DNA of 64,000 nt from Chiloscyllium plagiosum (taxonomy: Eukaryota): NCBI RefSeq assembly GCF_004010195.1, contig NC_057718.1:12446121-12510120 (forward strand). Direction: 5' to 3'. A program made the position numbers and the translations under genes. The first letter of the stretch is position 1; the number at the start of each line of letters is the position of its first letter. Below the pieces are notes generated by a model, which was not told the origin of the DNA, made no database searches, and saw only the letters and a list, made by a program, of their open reading frames with translations. Below, one piece after another: positions 37,155-49,864 of this stretch.

Positions 37155-38150
37155 TAAAAACCAAAAAAATTGTGATGCTGTAAATCAGAGATAAAAATAG
37201 AGATTGCTGGTAAAGCTCAGCGGGTCTAGCAGCATCTGTGGAGAGAAAGCAGAGAGAAAGTGACCCTTCCTCACAACTGACGATAGCTAGGAAAATGTGA
37301 GTTTATATGCAGAAGATAGAGTGAGGGGAGGGAGTAAGGAGTAAATAATAGGTGGGGATAGAGCCCAAAGAGAGAGAAGAACAGTTGGACAGACAAAGGA
37401 TAACGATCCGGCTGGGAGGGTGAATAGCTGTTAATGAAGACTGTTAGTGGCTAACAGTGGATGGTGTGTAATGGTACACTGTGTGATAACAAGGCCTAGG
37501 ACATGGTGGGGGCTAGGACATGGGGGAGTTCAGGTCCTAAAATTATTGAATTCGATATTAAGTCCGGAGGGCTGCAGGGGCCCCAAGCGGAAAATGAGGT
37601 GTTGTTCTTCCACCTTACGCTGAGCCTAACTGGAGCACTGCAGCAAGCCTGAGACAGAGATGTTGGCCAGGGAAAGGGTAGTTTGTCAAAGTGGTAAGCA
37701 ACTAGAATCTCGGGGTCTTTCTTGCGGTCAGAACGTAGATGTCCTACAAAGCAATCACCCAGTCTATGCTTCGATTTGCTAGTGTTGAGGAGACCACATT
37801 GTGAGCAGTGGATGCAGTAGATTAGATTGTGAGAAGTACATGTAAAGTGCTGCTTCACTTGGAAGGTGTGATTGGGCCCTCTGATCCTCCGTGGGGTAGT
37901 AAGGGGGTGTTGGGAATGAAGAAGAGTTGGCCGAGGTGCCCCAGAGGGAACGGTCCCTCAGAAGGCAGACAAGGGAGGGGAGAGGAAGGGAGTATGTGTC
38001 TGGTGGTAGCATCTCACTGGAGGTGGCAGAAATAATGGCTGATGATCTTCTGGATGTGGATGCTGTTGGGATGTTAGGTGAGGACAAGGGGAGCCCTATC
38101 GCTGTTGCGGGAGAGAAGAGAGGGGGTGAGGGCAGAAGTATGGGAGACTG
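37155..38150 (-). mobile_element. Penelope-like element 3' portion with GIY-YIG endonuclease remnant and terminal repeat
   Basis: ORF 37496..37858 reads KQHFTCTSHNLIYCIHCSQCGLL....KHRLGDCFVGHLRS...VAYHF, a Penelope GIY-YIG pattern. The upstream frame gives HPNSIHIQKIISHYFCHLQ*DATTRHI. A terminal repeat lies at 37155-37275. Confidence 0.85.
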
Positions 38151-38411
38151 CAATGTACAAGTGAATAAATATCCTTCTCTGTCTATTCTACCAACTTTAC
38201 AATCACGAAGGGCAGAATTGCCCCTTATATTTACCTGACTGAGGAGGGTGTAAATGAGTGCATTCTGTACTTTCTGGATTATCCTTGCTGTTTCCAACCC
38301 ACCACGTTCTCTGGATTGTCAGAGACTTATCTGTATGTAAGTGAAGAAAATACAATACCAAAGAGATCCATCTAACCTATGATGCAAGAGTTATGTGACA
38401 TGAAACAATTG

Positions 38412-39335
38412 ATGGCACACTACCTCACCCTAAATGACACTAAAATCGGTGGAGTAGTGGACAGTGTGGAAGAATGTTGCAGGTTGCAGGGAGACTTGGA
38501 TAAACTGCAACATTGGGCTGAGAGGTGGCAAATGGAGCTCAATGCAGCTAAATGTGAGGTGATGCACTTTGGGAAGAATAACAGGAAGGCAGAGTACTGG
38601 GTCAATGGAAAGATTCTTGGTAGTGTGGATGTGCAGAGGGATCTTGGAGTCCATGTACATAGATCCCTGAAAGTTGCCACCCAGGTTGATAGTGCTGCTA
38701 AGAGGTCATACAGTGTGTTAGGTTTCATTCGTAGAGGGATTGAGTTCCAGAGCCGTAATGTCATGCCGCAACTATACAAAAGGCTAGTGTGGCCACACTT
38801 GGAATATTGTGTACAGTTCTGGTCGCCCCATCACAGGAAGAATGTGGAAGCATTGGAAAAGGTGCAGAGGAGATTTACCAGGATGTTGCCTGGTCTGGAG
38901 GGAAGATCTTATGAGGAAAGGCTGAGAGACTTGGGTCTGTTCTCATTGGAAAGAAGAGGGCTAAGGGGGGATTTGATAGAGACACACAAGATGTTCGGAT
39001 GATTGGATAGGGTAGACAGTGAAAGTCTTTTTTCCTAGGATCATGACGTCAGCTTGTACGAGGGGGCATAGTACAAACTGAGGGATGATAGATTTAAGAC
39101 AGATGTCAGAGGCAGGTTCTTTACGCAGAGAGTGATAAGGGCATGGAATGCCCTACCTGGCAATGTAGTCAACTCAGCCACACTGGGGAGATTTTAAACA
39201 ATCCTTGGATAAGCATATGGATGACGATGGGATAGTGTAGGGAGAATGGGCTGAGATTAGTTCACAGGCCAGTGCAACATCAAGGGCTGAAGGGCCTGCT
39301 CTGTGCTGTATTGTTCTATGTTTTATGTTCTATGT
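38412..39335 (+). mobile_element. 5'-truncated CR1 LINE, relatively young
   Basis: A 207-aa open frame with DTKIGG..LQGDLDKL..W...[26 protein letters not shown]. Tail (TTCTATG)n. Confidence 0.93.
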
Positions 39336-39404
39336 TCACCCCACTCCAGATTGTTAAAGCAATATCATTCATCAGGTATTGTCGACATGTGGCACTCAAA
39401 GCCC

Positions 39405-39860
39405 ACCACTGAGCCCTGTGACTTAGTTGGTAGCTCTCTTCCCTCTGGATTATGAGGTTCTAGCCTCACATCTCCCTTCAGCACATAAACTAAGTCAAGG
39501 CTGATGCTGCAGTGCAGGACGGAGAGATTGCTGCACTGTTGGAGGTGCTATCTTTTGAATGAGACAATATAGTGAGGCTTGAGTGTGGATATAAAAACTC
39601 TCAATGGACTTTTTTGAAATGGAGCAGAGCAGTTAGACGCTGGTGGCCTGGTTGATATTTATTGTGCAAACAACTTCTCAAAAAAAAAAGATTATCTGGT
39701 TATTATAAAGTTGCTGTTTGTGAGATCTTACCACATGCAGATTATCTGCCAGGTTTCCTATATCACAATCATGTTTACACTTTGAAATGTACTTCTTGGC
39801 TGTAAAGTGCTTTAAAATATTCAGTGGTCCTGAAGAGCTCTATATAAATACAAATGTTCC
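39405..39860 (+). mobile_element. DeuSINE-like (SacSINE1-type) SINE; further copies at about 41555-41890(-), 56000-56310(+) and 58925-59210(+)
   Basis: GCTGCACTGTTGGAGGTGC..GATGAGAC..GAGG and GGTG.CCTGG..AATATTTA blocks resemble the Deu domain. L2-like tail CTATATAAATACAA. Confidence 0.6.
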
Positions 39861-42307
39861 TTTTTCACTTCCCATGATATGACCTTGAATGAACACAACA
39901 GCCATCAATAGTTTGGACTATGGTTTGTTGAGGGAGCTACACTTGAGAACTGAGTGTGGAAAATGGTGCCATGTGAGATAGATGAATTGGCACAGGGCCA
40001 TGTACACCTCATTTTATCCCCATGCAGATCTGAAACAGACAAAAAAAAATTCCAATACCTAAATGATGAGGCAATTCTAATATTCACGGGTCATTCAAGG
40101 ACAATTGAAGTTCTTGTAATATGATTCTCCCTGAAGTGTCACTTTGCAGATCAGTAAAATCCAGGGACGAAGGCAGGGTGAGTAATGGTTTGACCAATGT
40201 CTTTAAGTGAATTACTAACATAAAAATTCAATACGCTCGATTCATACAACAAACACATGGAACCTGTAATTGGTTAAATTGTGAAATAACCATTCCCTAT
40301 CAATAAATACTCAGGGATGCAAAATGCCAGCAATAAGAAAGAAATCAAAGACAAATGAAAAAAACAGATCTGTTTATAGATCCATAACATTTTTGGTAAT
40401 GGATGTTCGAAGGGAGGTCATAGTTCACTCACATTAATGCTGTGACAACTGTTTCAGTCTCACAACCAATTCTGCAAGAATATTTCCAGGAACTGACCTG
40501 CTTTCCCTGATGTGTAGTTTTGCTTCCGTGCAAAGATTAGTACAGGAGACTGCTAATGAAATCTGTTTGAGTATTTTATTTAACAAATAGTACCTGGCCT
40601 TCTCTGATGCCAGTGAATAGTTGAGTCATAAAGACAGGGAAAATCCCTGGTTTATTTTCCATCTACAGCAGTTTGTCTCTGAGAATTACTCCTCTGAAGT
40701 GCATGACAACTTTTTAAAGGGAACTATATAAACGCAAGCTATTGTCATTAACTGATTCCAGCTAGACTTAAATTGTCCTTTACCAGATTAGGAAGAGGAA
40801 AAATACTGTGTTTTTGACTGTCTGTGTGTGTCTCTATGTGCGTGTGTCAATCCCAAAAGAGCTTTCTTTCAACTGTATTAAAGCTTAACTTCAATTCCAG
40901 ATCCAATAGTATAGAGGTGTGTTCTAATGAATTGCACATAACATAATAGGAAGCTCATATTTTGCATTAAATGCCAAAGTTAAGTCTACCATTTTTTTCC
41001 CCTAAAGGTTTGGAACCTGTTGCTTGGTTTACAGGCCATGCTTCAGGAACCTTTAATGGTTTCTATGTTAGTTTATTAACTACTTGCTGCATGGCAGAGT
41101 GATGCAAACAAATGGTAATGTCAAATTTAAAATAGGATTTGAGGACCCAGGAGTCACTTTGAGTTGAATTTGTTCTTTGGAAATCAGCCAAACAGCTCCC
41201 CAGTGCAAATATATCTCTGTACCTCAGTTGTTTCCAGATAATGTCCCATCAGCTGCAGGCTTTACTGTTCCATGGCACATACTCTCATCCATTTGTAAAC
41301 CGCCTGTCTGGTATTAGAGGGCTTAAAACTGATTGCACTGCAAAAAGTCCAGAACTTAGAACCTTTTGTCAGTAAATCTATGCATTGGCAACAAACGAGA
41401 TTGATAGCACTCACAACAAAACCAGCATACACGCCTATGTCAAAATCTCTGCCCATCCAAGTTCCAGTCAGGTAGGAATGGAGGTAGCCATTCCCTCCCT
41501 ACTGGAGCCAGGTGTTCACAGGCACCAGATGAACTGCCCACTCTCCAGAAGAGAGAAAGATTTGCATTTACATAGCCCTTTCCATGAGCACCCGGATGTC
41601 TCAAAATGCTTTAAAACCAACAAAGTACCTTTTGAAGTGTGATTACTGTTGTAACGGAGGAAGACTGAAGGCCAATTTGTGCGCAGCAAGCTTCTGCAAA
41701 TGGCAATGTGCCAAATGGTCACACAACCAGAAATTTACTGATGTTAATTGAGGGATAAATATTGATCTGGACAATGAGGTTAATGCCCCCTTTTCTTTAT
41801 TGAATTTATGCTGCAAGAATTTTTACATCTACCTAGGCAGGCAGTGGGGCCCTCAGTTTAATGTCTAATCCCAATCTTCAGTCCATCCAACAGTATTTCT
41901 GAATTTATTTTTTCATGGCACATGGATGTAATTGAAAAGGCCAATACTTGTCACCCACTGTTGAACTGGGAAGCTTGCTGGGCTTTCAAAGATCAGTTAT
42001 GATTCAACAAAATAGTTGAATAGTTGTATCTGGAGAGACTTGTAGGCCACACCAGGTGGGCCTGGTAGATTTCCTTGTCTGAACGGACATGCGTGAGCCA
42101 CCGGGCTTTAATGACATTGGATGTTAGTGTCACAGTCACCCATGCCAAGGCGAGCTTTCAATTCCTGATTTTCATTTATTAGATTTAAATTCCACCAGCG
42201 GCCTTGATGGGATTTGAATTGGTATCCCTCAGATCGCCAGCTTGGGCCTTGAGATTATCACTGCAGTTACACCAGCACCCAAGTTCACCATCTCAACAAA
42301 ACGCAAT

Positions 42308-42410
42308 TCTGAAGGAGGGTCACTCGACCTGAAACGTTAACTTTGCTTTCTCTCTCCACAGGTGCTGCCAGCCTTGTTGAGTTTCTCCAGCAATTTCTGT
42401 TTTGTTTCAA
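42308..42410 (+). mobile_element. Penelope-like terminal-repeat fragment (related copies at 27362-27440, 27615-27840 and 56660-56760)
   Basis: CTGAAGGAGGGTCACTCGACCTGAAACGTTAAC..CTCTCCACAG.TGCTGCCAG. Confidence 0.65.
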
Positions 42411-42805
42411 GATGTCTATCTCCCCTTATCCAGCGCTCTCCCATTATGAACAGGAGTGGGGTCAGTCTGCTTGTTATTGTAAAGCAACTAGAGGAGGCCT
42501 TAAGCCATCTACCTGTGTTGAGAGAGTGCTACCACGTGACCTACAACTGACCCTCAGAAACCAGAGTAGATGTCACGTGTTAATTGAAGCAATTACGCTC
42601 AAAGGGATAAACTATAGAAGTGTTTTATAAAGCTGTGCATCAGTTGGTTCACTGGGTTAATCTCTCATCATCTGGGTAAGTGCCTAATATGAAAATGGGT
42701 CAGGAGCTGAAGGTGGCAAAAGTCATCTCCCTCAGGAGAGGGAAAGATGAAAACAAGCAACATCAAAGGAGAGAATTTACAAATCCATTAGCTCTGTTTA
42801 TCAGA

Positions 42806-43125
42806 AGGGTGACATGGCAGCTCAGTGGTTAGCACTGCTACCTCACAGCACCAGCGACCCAGGTTCAATTCCAGCCTCAGGCAACTGTCTGTGTGGAGTT
42901 TGCATACTCATTCACCCTGTGTCTGCATAAGTTTCCTCCCACAGTTCAAAGATGTGTTAGGTGGATTGGCCATAGTGTTCAGGGATGTGCGGAGTAGATT
43001 GGCCATTGGAAATGTAGGGTTACAAGGACAGGGTAAGGGACTGGGTTTGGATGGGACGCTCTCCAGGGGGGTCAGGGTGGACTTGATGGGCCAAATGGCC
43101 TCCTTCCACACTGTAGGGATTCCAT
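42806..43125 (+). mobile_element. HE1-type V-SINE, diverged
   Basis: GCTCAGTGGTTAGCACTG, B box GGTTCAATTCC, V-domain TGTGTGGAGTTTGCA and tail CACACTGTAGGGATTC. Confidence 0.85.
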
Positions 43126-46104
43126 AGTAAAGTCAGGAACAAAAGAAATGTAATCACTATGATGGATCTGTCAGGACAGTATAGTGCTGTAAACACTTTG
43201 TGACATAGAGAAGCCATTCAGCCCTTAGGGCCTGATGGGATGTGGGTGTCGCTGGCTTGTGCAGCATTTAATGCCATCCCTAATTGCCCGGAGGGCAGTT
43301 AACAGTCAACCATTTTGCTGTGGGTATGGAGTCACTTGTAGGCCAGACTGGGTAAGGACGGCAGATTTCCTGACCTGAAGGTAATTTATTGTACCAGATT
43401 TTGTTTTAATAATCACCATTAAATCATTTATTCCTGATATTTATTGAATTCTAATTTCATTACCTGCCACCAGTGGGATTTGAACATTAGTCTGGGACGC
43501 TGGTTACTCACCCAGTGACATTGCCCCTACTCCACCACCCATCCCATCACTCAATGGGATCATGAGTATTCTCAGTTCAACACTCTGCTCCTCAACACTC
43601 TGACCCAACAATCACAATCTGTCCCAACAGCTTCAATTGTCCAAGTGGGGAAGAAAGAATTTTCCACTCCGCACTGTATCCCCATGCCTTCAGTGTCACT
43701 GGGTCAAAATCTCGTAACTTCGTTCCACATGGTACTGAGGGTGAATCTACACACATGCACTGTTGTGGTTCACCCATGCCTTCTCTGGAGCATTTACGGA
43801 AGGGAAATAAATGCTAATGGAGTCAGCAATGCCCTCATTTAAGAAAAAACTCCTCATGGGCAATGCACCAGTTCACTGTCAGGTGAGAACACAAGATGGT
43901 GGTGCTGCCTCTAGTCCTCATCAAACTCACCCACAAATAAAGATAACTTGGGCAAAATTCTGAAGGGTGTGGCAGTCATAACCTAGAAATGCATCAGCAA
44001 CTTAGAAAAATGAGAGACAGAGAAATGGATAGGTAGAAAATTATTGTTACCTGTATTTGTGAAAATACAGTAAAATGTGTATAAGTCACCACAAAAACAG
44101 CGCTATTTAATTCCATAAATTCTATTTTCTAAAAAAAAGAGACAATGGTAAAGACAAATATCATTTTTTGCTCTTTCCACATCCTGTTAGTTTCACGAGT
44201 CAGCCACTGCCGATGACTGGGACCTGTTCAACTGCCCAGAATCGAGGCCTCTTGAAACTGCTGAGGTTCAGGGGCCTGTTGACACTACCGAGGGCTGGGG
44301 GCCCCTCGAATCTGGGAGCGAGGCATGAAACAGTTTATATTTATGGCATGGCAATTGCTGGCCTACATTGGTAATCCTAGCTTCATGGTGCAATCGGAAT
44401 GTCAGAACTTTTCCCAATGTTAACTGTGAGATTGGTTATTTTTGAATAGCAAACCACGAGCCAATGTGGATTATGTGACAAACGTGGCAAGTGTGGAAAT
44501 GTGAGAGTTTAGTGACAAAGGCTGGTTAGAGCAAGTCTTGTCAACAGTCACATTAACACTCGGGCCGCACACAGGTAACTTGTAAGATAACAACTGAAGA
44601 TGCCTGGCAATACTGTGAGGGCAGATAAACCCCCTGTTAGTAAACTGCCCATTGAAACCAGCTCCTAAACCCATGGTCAGTAGTGCAGCAACTTAGAGAA
44701 AACATTTATATAACTTTGATTTGCTGCTGATAGCAAATATAGCAATTTCAATTAAACAGCTCAATTAACGGGCTTTAAGAAAAGAATGTTTAGAATCAAG
44801 AATAATGCAGTAGAGAAATAAGCCATTAGTCCATCATGTCGATACTAGCTGTTTGAAAGATTGATTTAATTAATCCTTCCCACCTCCTCCCTCCCCATAC
44901 TTCTGGAAATATACACCTTCACATTTTTTCTAAGTATTCATTCATAGGATATGGGTATCACTAGCTACCTGGCATTTATTGCCTGTTCCTAATGACCCCT
45001 AAGAAAGTGGTGGTGAGCCACCTTTTTAAACCACTATTGTCGGTATGGCGTTGGTATGTGCGTAAATCAACCTTGCGACAGGGTGTTCGAAATCACAGGT
45101 TTGGAAGGTGTTGTCAAAAAACCTTGCTGTGTTACTGCAGAGCATCTTGTAGATGGTACACACACTTGCTGCCAACATGTACAGTAGCAGAGGGAATAAG
45201 TATTTAAGGGCATTGGCCGATCCCAGTATCATCAAGCCCAAGGATTGATCCGGTTCAATGAAGGGTGCAGGAGGAAGTCACGCCAGCAGAGCTGTCTGAA
45301 AATGAGGTGACAACCTGGTGAAGCTAGAAGGCTGGTGTGACTGTGTGTGTGTTGTATGGACATGTGTCTGTGTGAATGTGTCTGAGTGTGAGTGTGCACA
45401 TTTGAATACACGTGTGTGTGTGTCTGAGTGTGTGTGTCTTTGTGTGCACTGTGGTTGGGATGGGGAACTCAGTGTTCAATTGCTGCTAATTTCTACCATT
45501 TGTTTAATCTATTGATGAGGGTGGTCTGTCAGGCTGCTGCCAATGTCGTCTTGTTTCTCTCTGAGGTGAGGGGGCCTGGGAAAGCACTCGCTGATCCAAA
45601 ACTATCATCCGATTGTTGGCCGAAAGGAGGAGTCAGTGATAGCAGTGAGAACAGACCAGACAAAGTCCAGTTCCCAGGACTGTAAACCATGCTGACTAAC
45701 TCCATCCCCTTCACCAGAAAATAACTTTTATCAAAACCAATTTGCAAGGGAGCAACAAAACAGACATTTATTTACTCATGATCCAGTCTCGATGACAGCA
45801 GACCTGGACACTGCTGTTTGTTATTGGGGGCCAATATCTTGACACTCCACCCTGATCTCGTCAACATGGAGGAAGTAGACAGCTCTTAGAATCCGAAGGT
45901 CTGTATTACCCAAGGAACAATATGTTCATACACTTGTTGATGATTCATTCTGGAGAATGTGGAATAAATGGTCTCTACACAAATTGTTAACCTATTTGGA
46001 CACACACAGACCAACCATCCATGATCAACCAATTTCCCACTCACCAACCCATGGTCCATTTCTAACTCTCCCCTCCCCTTCCTCAACTTCTCTGTTTTCA
46101 CTTT

Positions 46105-46460
46105 GAAGGACAGAAAGGCCTGGACAGAGTGAATTTTGGGAAGATGTTTCCATTGGTAGGAGAAATGAGAACCCGAGGGCATAGCCTTAGAGTAAAAGGA
46201 AGACCTTTTAGAACAGAGATAAGGAGAAACCTCTTCAGCCAGTGAGTGGGGAACCTGTGGAATTCATTGCCACAGAATGCTGTGGAGGCCAGGTCTTTGA
46301 GTATATTTAAGACCGAGATGGATAGGTTCTTGAGTATCAAGAGTTACAGGGAGAAAGCGGGAGAGTGGGGTTGAGAAACTTATCAGCCACGATTGAATGG
46401 TGGAGCAGACTCGATGGGCTGAATGGTCTAATTTCTATTCCTAAGTGTTATGGTCTTATA
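46105..46460 (+). mobile_element. CR1 3' end
   Basis: Homologous to 36030-36372 (RGHSLRVKG..LWNSLPQ..FKTEMDRFL). Confidence 0.85.
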
Positions 46461-46464
46461 ACAT

Positions 46465-46730
46465 TCAGTACAAGCCCACTGCTTCCCACAGTTACCTTGA
46501 GTGTGTTTTCCTCACACTCTAAGGACTCCATTCCATTCTCTACCTTTCTCTGTCTCCCTCACAATTGTTCTGATGATGCAATTCTGCAATACAATACTTC
46601 TTTCTTTCCCTCCAATCAAGGAGTCTGCCCCCTGAAAATCCCCCACTGAGCTGAAAGGCCTCTCAACTGTGTCTGACCCATTTCCCACTCGACTGCTCTC
46701 AGCCCTTTACCTCTGTCCCCAAAGCACAGG
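46465..46730 (+). mobile_element. Penelope-like ORF remnant (region C-terminal to RT)
   Basis: SSHSKDSIPFSTFLCLPHNCSDDA resembles the Penelope motif SSHP...K.SIPFSQFLRLRRICS. Confidence 0.6.
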
Positions 46731-46734
46731 AAGA

Positions 46735-47606
46735 GTTATAGAGTCAGACAGCATGGAAATAAACCCTTCAGTTCAACCAGTCCATGCAGAACATAATCCC
46801 AAACTAAACTAGTCCCACCGACCTGCTCTTGGCCCATATCCCTCCAAATGTTTCCCATTCACGTACTTATCCAAATGACTATTAGCTCTTGTAATTGTTC
46901 CCATATCTGCCACTTCCTCAGGAAGTTCACTCCACATGTAAACACCCTCTATGTAAAACATTTGCCCCTCATGTCTTTTTTTAAAATCTCTTTCCTGTCA
47001 CCTTAAAAGTATGCCCCGTCATCTTGAAATCCCCCATCCTAGGAAAAAGACACCATTAACTCTACCCATACCCCTCATGATTTTGTAGACTTCTATGAGG
47101 TCACCTCTCAAAATCCTACACTCCAGTGAAAACATTTCCAGTCTATCCAGCCCTTCTTTATAACTCAAACCTTCTCAAATGCTGGCAGTATCCAAGTAAA
47201 TCTCTTCTGAACCCTCTCCAGCTTAATCATATCTTTCCTATAACTGAACAACATAACTACACACAATATTCCAGAAAAGGCCTCACCAATGTCTCGTACA
47301 ACTTCAACATAGCTTCCCAACTCCTATACTCTAAGGACTGAGCAACGAAGACAAGCATGCCTTTTTAAACACTCTATCTATATGTGAAGTAAACTTTAAA
47401 GAATTATGTACCTGAACCCTGAGGTCCCTTTGCTCTACAATACTAGCCAAGGCTCAACCATTAATTATATAAGTCTTACCCCTATTGGTTGTACCAAAAT
47501 GCAATACCTTGCATTTATCCAGGCTGAACTCCATCTGCCATTTTTCAGCCCATTGACCCATTTGATCAGGATTCCTTTGTAACCTTAGAAAACCTCCTTC
47601 ACTGTC
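46735..47606 (-). mobile_element. 5'-truncated CR1 LINE
   Basis: Reverse-complemented tail at 46735 (ATAGAGTCA), with EYCV.L, RGDLIEVYKIM and QMGQWAEKWQMEF on the minus strand. Confidence 0.85.
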
Positions 47607-47920
47607 TTAATATTTCCCTGATCCTCATCATCCACCCCCTCAGCTTTTGCATTTAAAGGATCATCCACTATCCTTTGTCTAAACTTGGGCATGGACCCCC
47701 TGCTAAAGACTGAGTATTTCTAAACATTCAGCTTTTATTCTTTTATGGGTTATTTTGTAGATTATAGAACACTGTATTGATTTGTTTGGATAAATGGGTT
47801 TAACACAATGGAGAGTAGAGAAACAGTGAACAGTGCAAAGGCAGCACAAGCAGAAGATTTTAAATAAGTTTAAAGGCATCTCTCAGTACTGGCATTTTCA
47901 ATACCAGCACTTGCCAAGTG

Positions 47921-48695
47921 AAACATAGAATATAGAACATTACAGCGCAGTACAGGCCCTTCGGTCCTCAATGTTGCGCCGCCCTGTCATACTAATCTGA
48001 AGCCCCTCCCACCTACACTATTCCATGTATGTCCATATGCCTGTTCAATGATGACTTAAATGCACTTAAACTTGGCGAATCTTACTACCGTTGCAGGCAA
48101 AGCATTCCATATCCTTACTACTCTGAGTAAATGACATCTGTCTTATACCTATCTTCCCTCACTTTAAAGTTGTGTCCTCTCATGTTTGCTGTCCCCATAC
48201 TTGGAAAAAGGCTCTCCCTGTCCATCCTATCTAACCCTCTGATTATCTTGTATGTCTCTATTAAGTCACCTCTCAACCTTCTTCTCTCTAATGAGAACAG
48301 CCTCAAGGCCCTCAGCCTTTCCTCGTAAGACATTCCTTCCATATCAGGCAACATCCTAGTAAATCTCCTCTGCACCCTTTCCAAAGCTTCCATATCCTTC
48401 TTATAATGCAGTGACCAGAACTATACACAATACTCCAAGTGAGGCCGTACCAGAGCTTTGTACAGCTGCAGCATATCCTCCTGGTTCCGGAACTCAATCC
48501 CTCTATTAATAAAGGCCAAAACATTGTATACCTTCTTAACAACCCTGTCAATCTGGGTGGCAACTTTCAGGGATCTGTGTACTTGGACACCGAGATCTCT
48601 CTGCTCATCTGCACTCCCAAGAATCTTACCATTAGCCAAGTACTTTGCATTCCGATTACTCCGTCCAAAGTGTATCACCTCACACTTGTCCATGT
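47921..48695 (-). mobile_element. 5'-truncated CR1 LINE
   Basis: Translations [21 protein letters not shown] and [30 protein letters not shown]. Tail (CATAGAA)n. Confidence 0.92.
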
Positions 48696-49823
48696 TGGTG
48701 ATGAATAAGGAGTTGAGTTCCACATGGATGATTTGGCAACAGCTCTCTTCATAGTATATTGAAAATTGCACTGTGCATTTTGCTCGCTTGAGTTGACTGT
48801 ACACACGTGTACCATGTGTACTGTCTACAAGATAATACAGACCCCATATTTAACAGCATGTATCCTTCTAATTCTAAATGCCTCTGTCTGAATATGTAAC
48901 TGGTTCTGACCCAAAAACCTCTAATCACTGACCCTTCTATATTCTCTCTGTTGTTCATTGGGTTGCTGTACACTAACAGTGATGAATGGGTTTAAATATT
49001 ATGTTGTGACAGCATTAATGACCAAACTCTTGTTCCTTTAAATGATCCTTTAAATGCGGAGGCTGAGGGGGGTGGACGGTGAGGATCAGGGGAATCTTAA
49101 GACAATGAAGAAGGTTTTCTAAGGTTACAAAGGGATATTGATCAAATGGTTCAATGGTGATTCTATCATCAACGTCCCTGACCTTCTGAAATTTCTTCTG
49201 GATCCATCTAAATTTCAGTTACAACAAGCGAGCTGCACTTTGGCCTCTTTATGACCTTAATATATTCAAATCAAGACTTGTCGCATTGTCAACAAACTTT
49301 AGTAAATACGTGTCCTGAGCTACGGGACATTGGATGCCATTGCCACACACCTACTTCCCACCAGCCACACTTAACATTCATGTTTATAAAATCCTCCATC
49401 ACACACTCAGCCAATTCTTTTCAACTCTCGTCTTTTCGAATCGTAGAAATTGTTAGCATGAAATTAGGACATTCACCCATCTTGTCTGCACTCCCTGTTT
49501 GAAACAGCAGTCACTTAGTCCCACACCTTTACTTTTTACCCTTCACCTGAATCCTAACCCTAGGCCTAACCCGAATGCACTCTCACCTTCACCCCTAACC
49601 CTTCATCCTCAGAAACCTACACAACTCTCTATTAAAATTATTTCGTGAATTAGTTTCATTAATCTTTCAGGTTGGGAGTTATATATCCTGACACCTCTCT
49701 GAGTGGATGAATGTTTCCTCAGCCCCTCTCTACATCTTTTACCAATGATTTGAAACCTATGACCCCTGGTTGTAGTATTGATTGTTGACAGGGATAGTTT
49801 TACCTCAACCGACTCTGTCAAAA

Positions 49824-49864
49824 CTGTAAGTAATCTAATCTAATCTAATCTAATCTAATCTAAA
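49824..49864 (+). repeat. Isolated HE1/HER1 tail, ACTGTAAGTAA(TCTAA)6
   Basis: Identical to the terminus of the SINE at 10724-10750 but with no body. It sits at the edge of an old minus-strand CR1 fragment. Confidence 0.8.

Noticed and set aside
38379..39002. Longest ORF (207 aa) as a host gene
   Set aside because: It is the C-terminal part of CR1 ORF2 in a 5'-truncated copy.
39875..40030. Strong minus-strand splice acceptor (TTTTTTTTTGTCTGTTTCAG) suggesting an exon
   Set aside because: All three frames reach a stop before any clear donor and the peptide is unrecognisable. A non-coding exon cannot be supported without transcript data.
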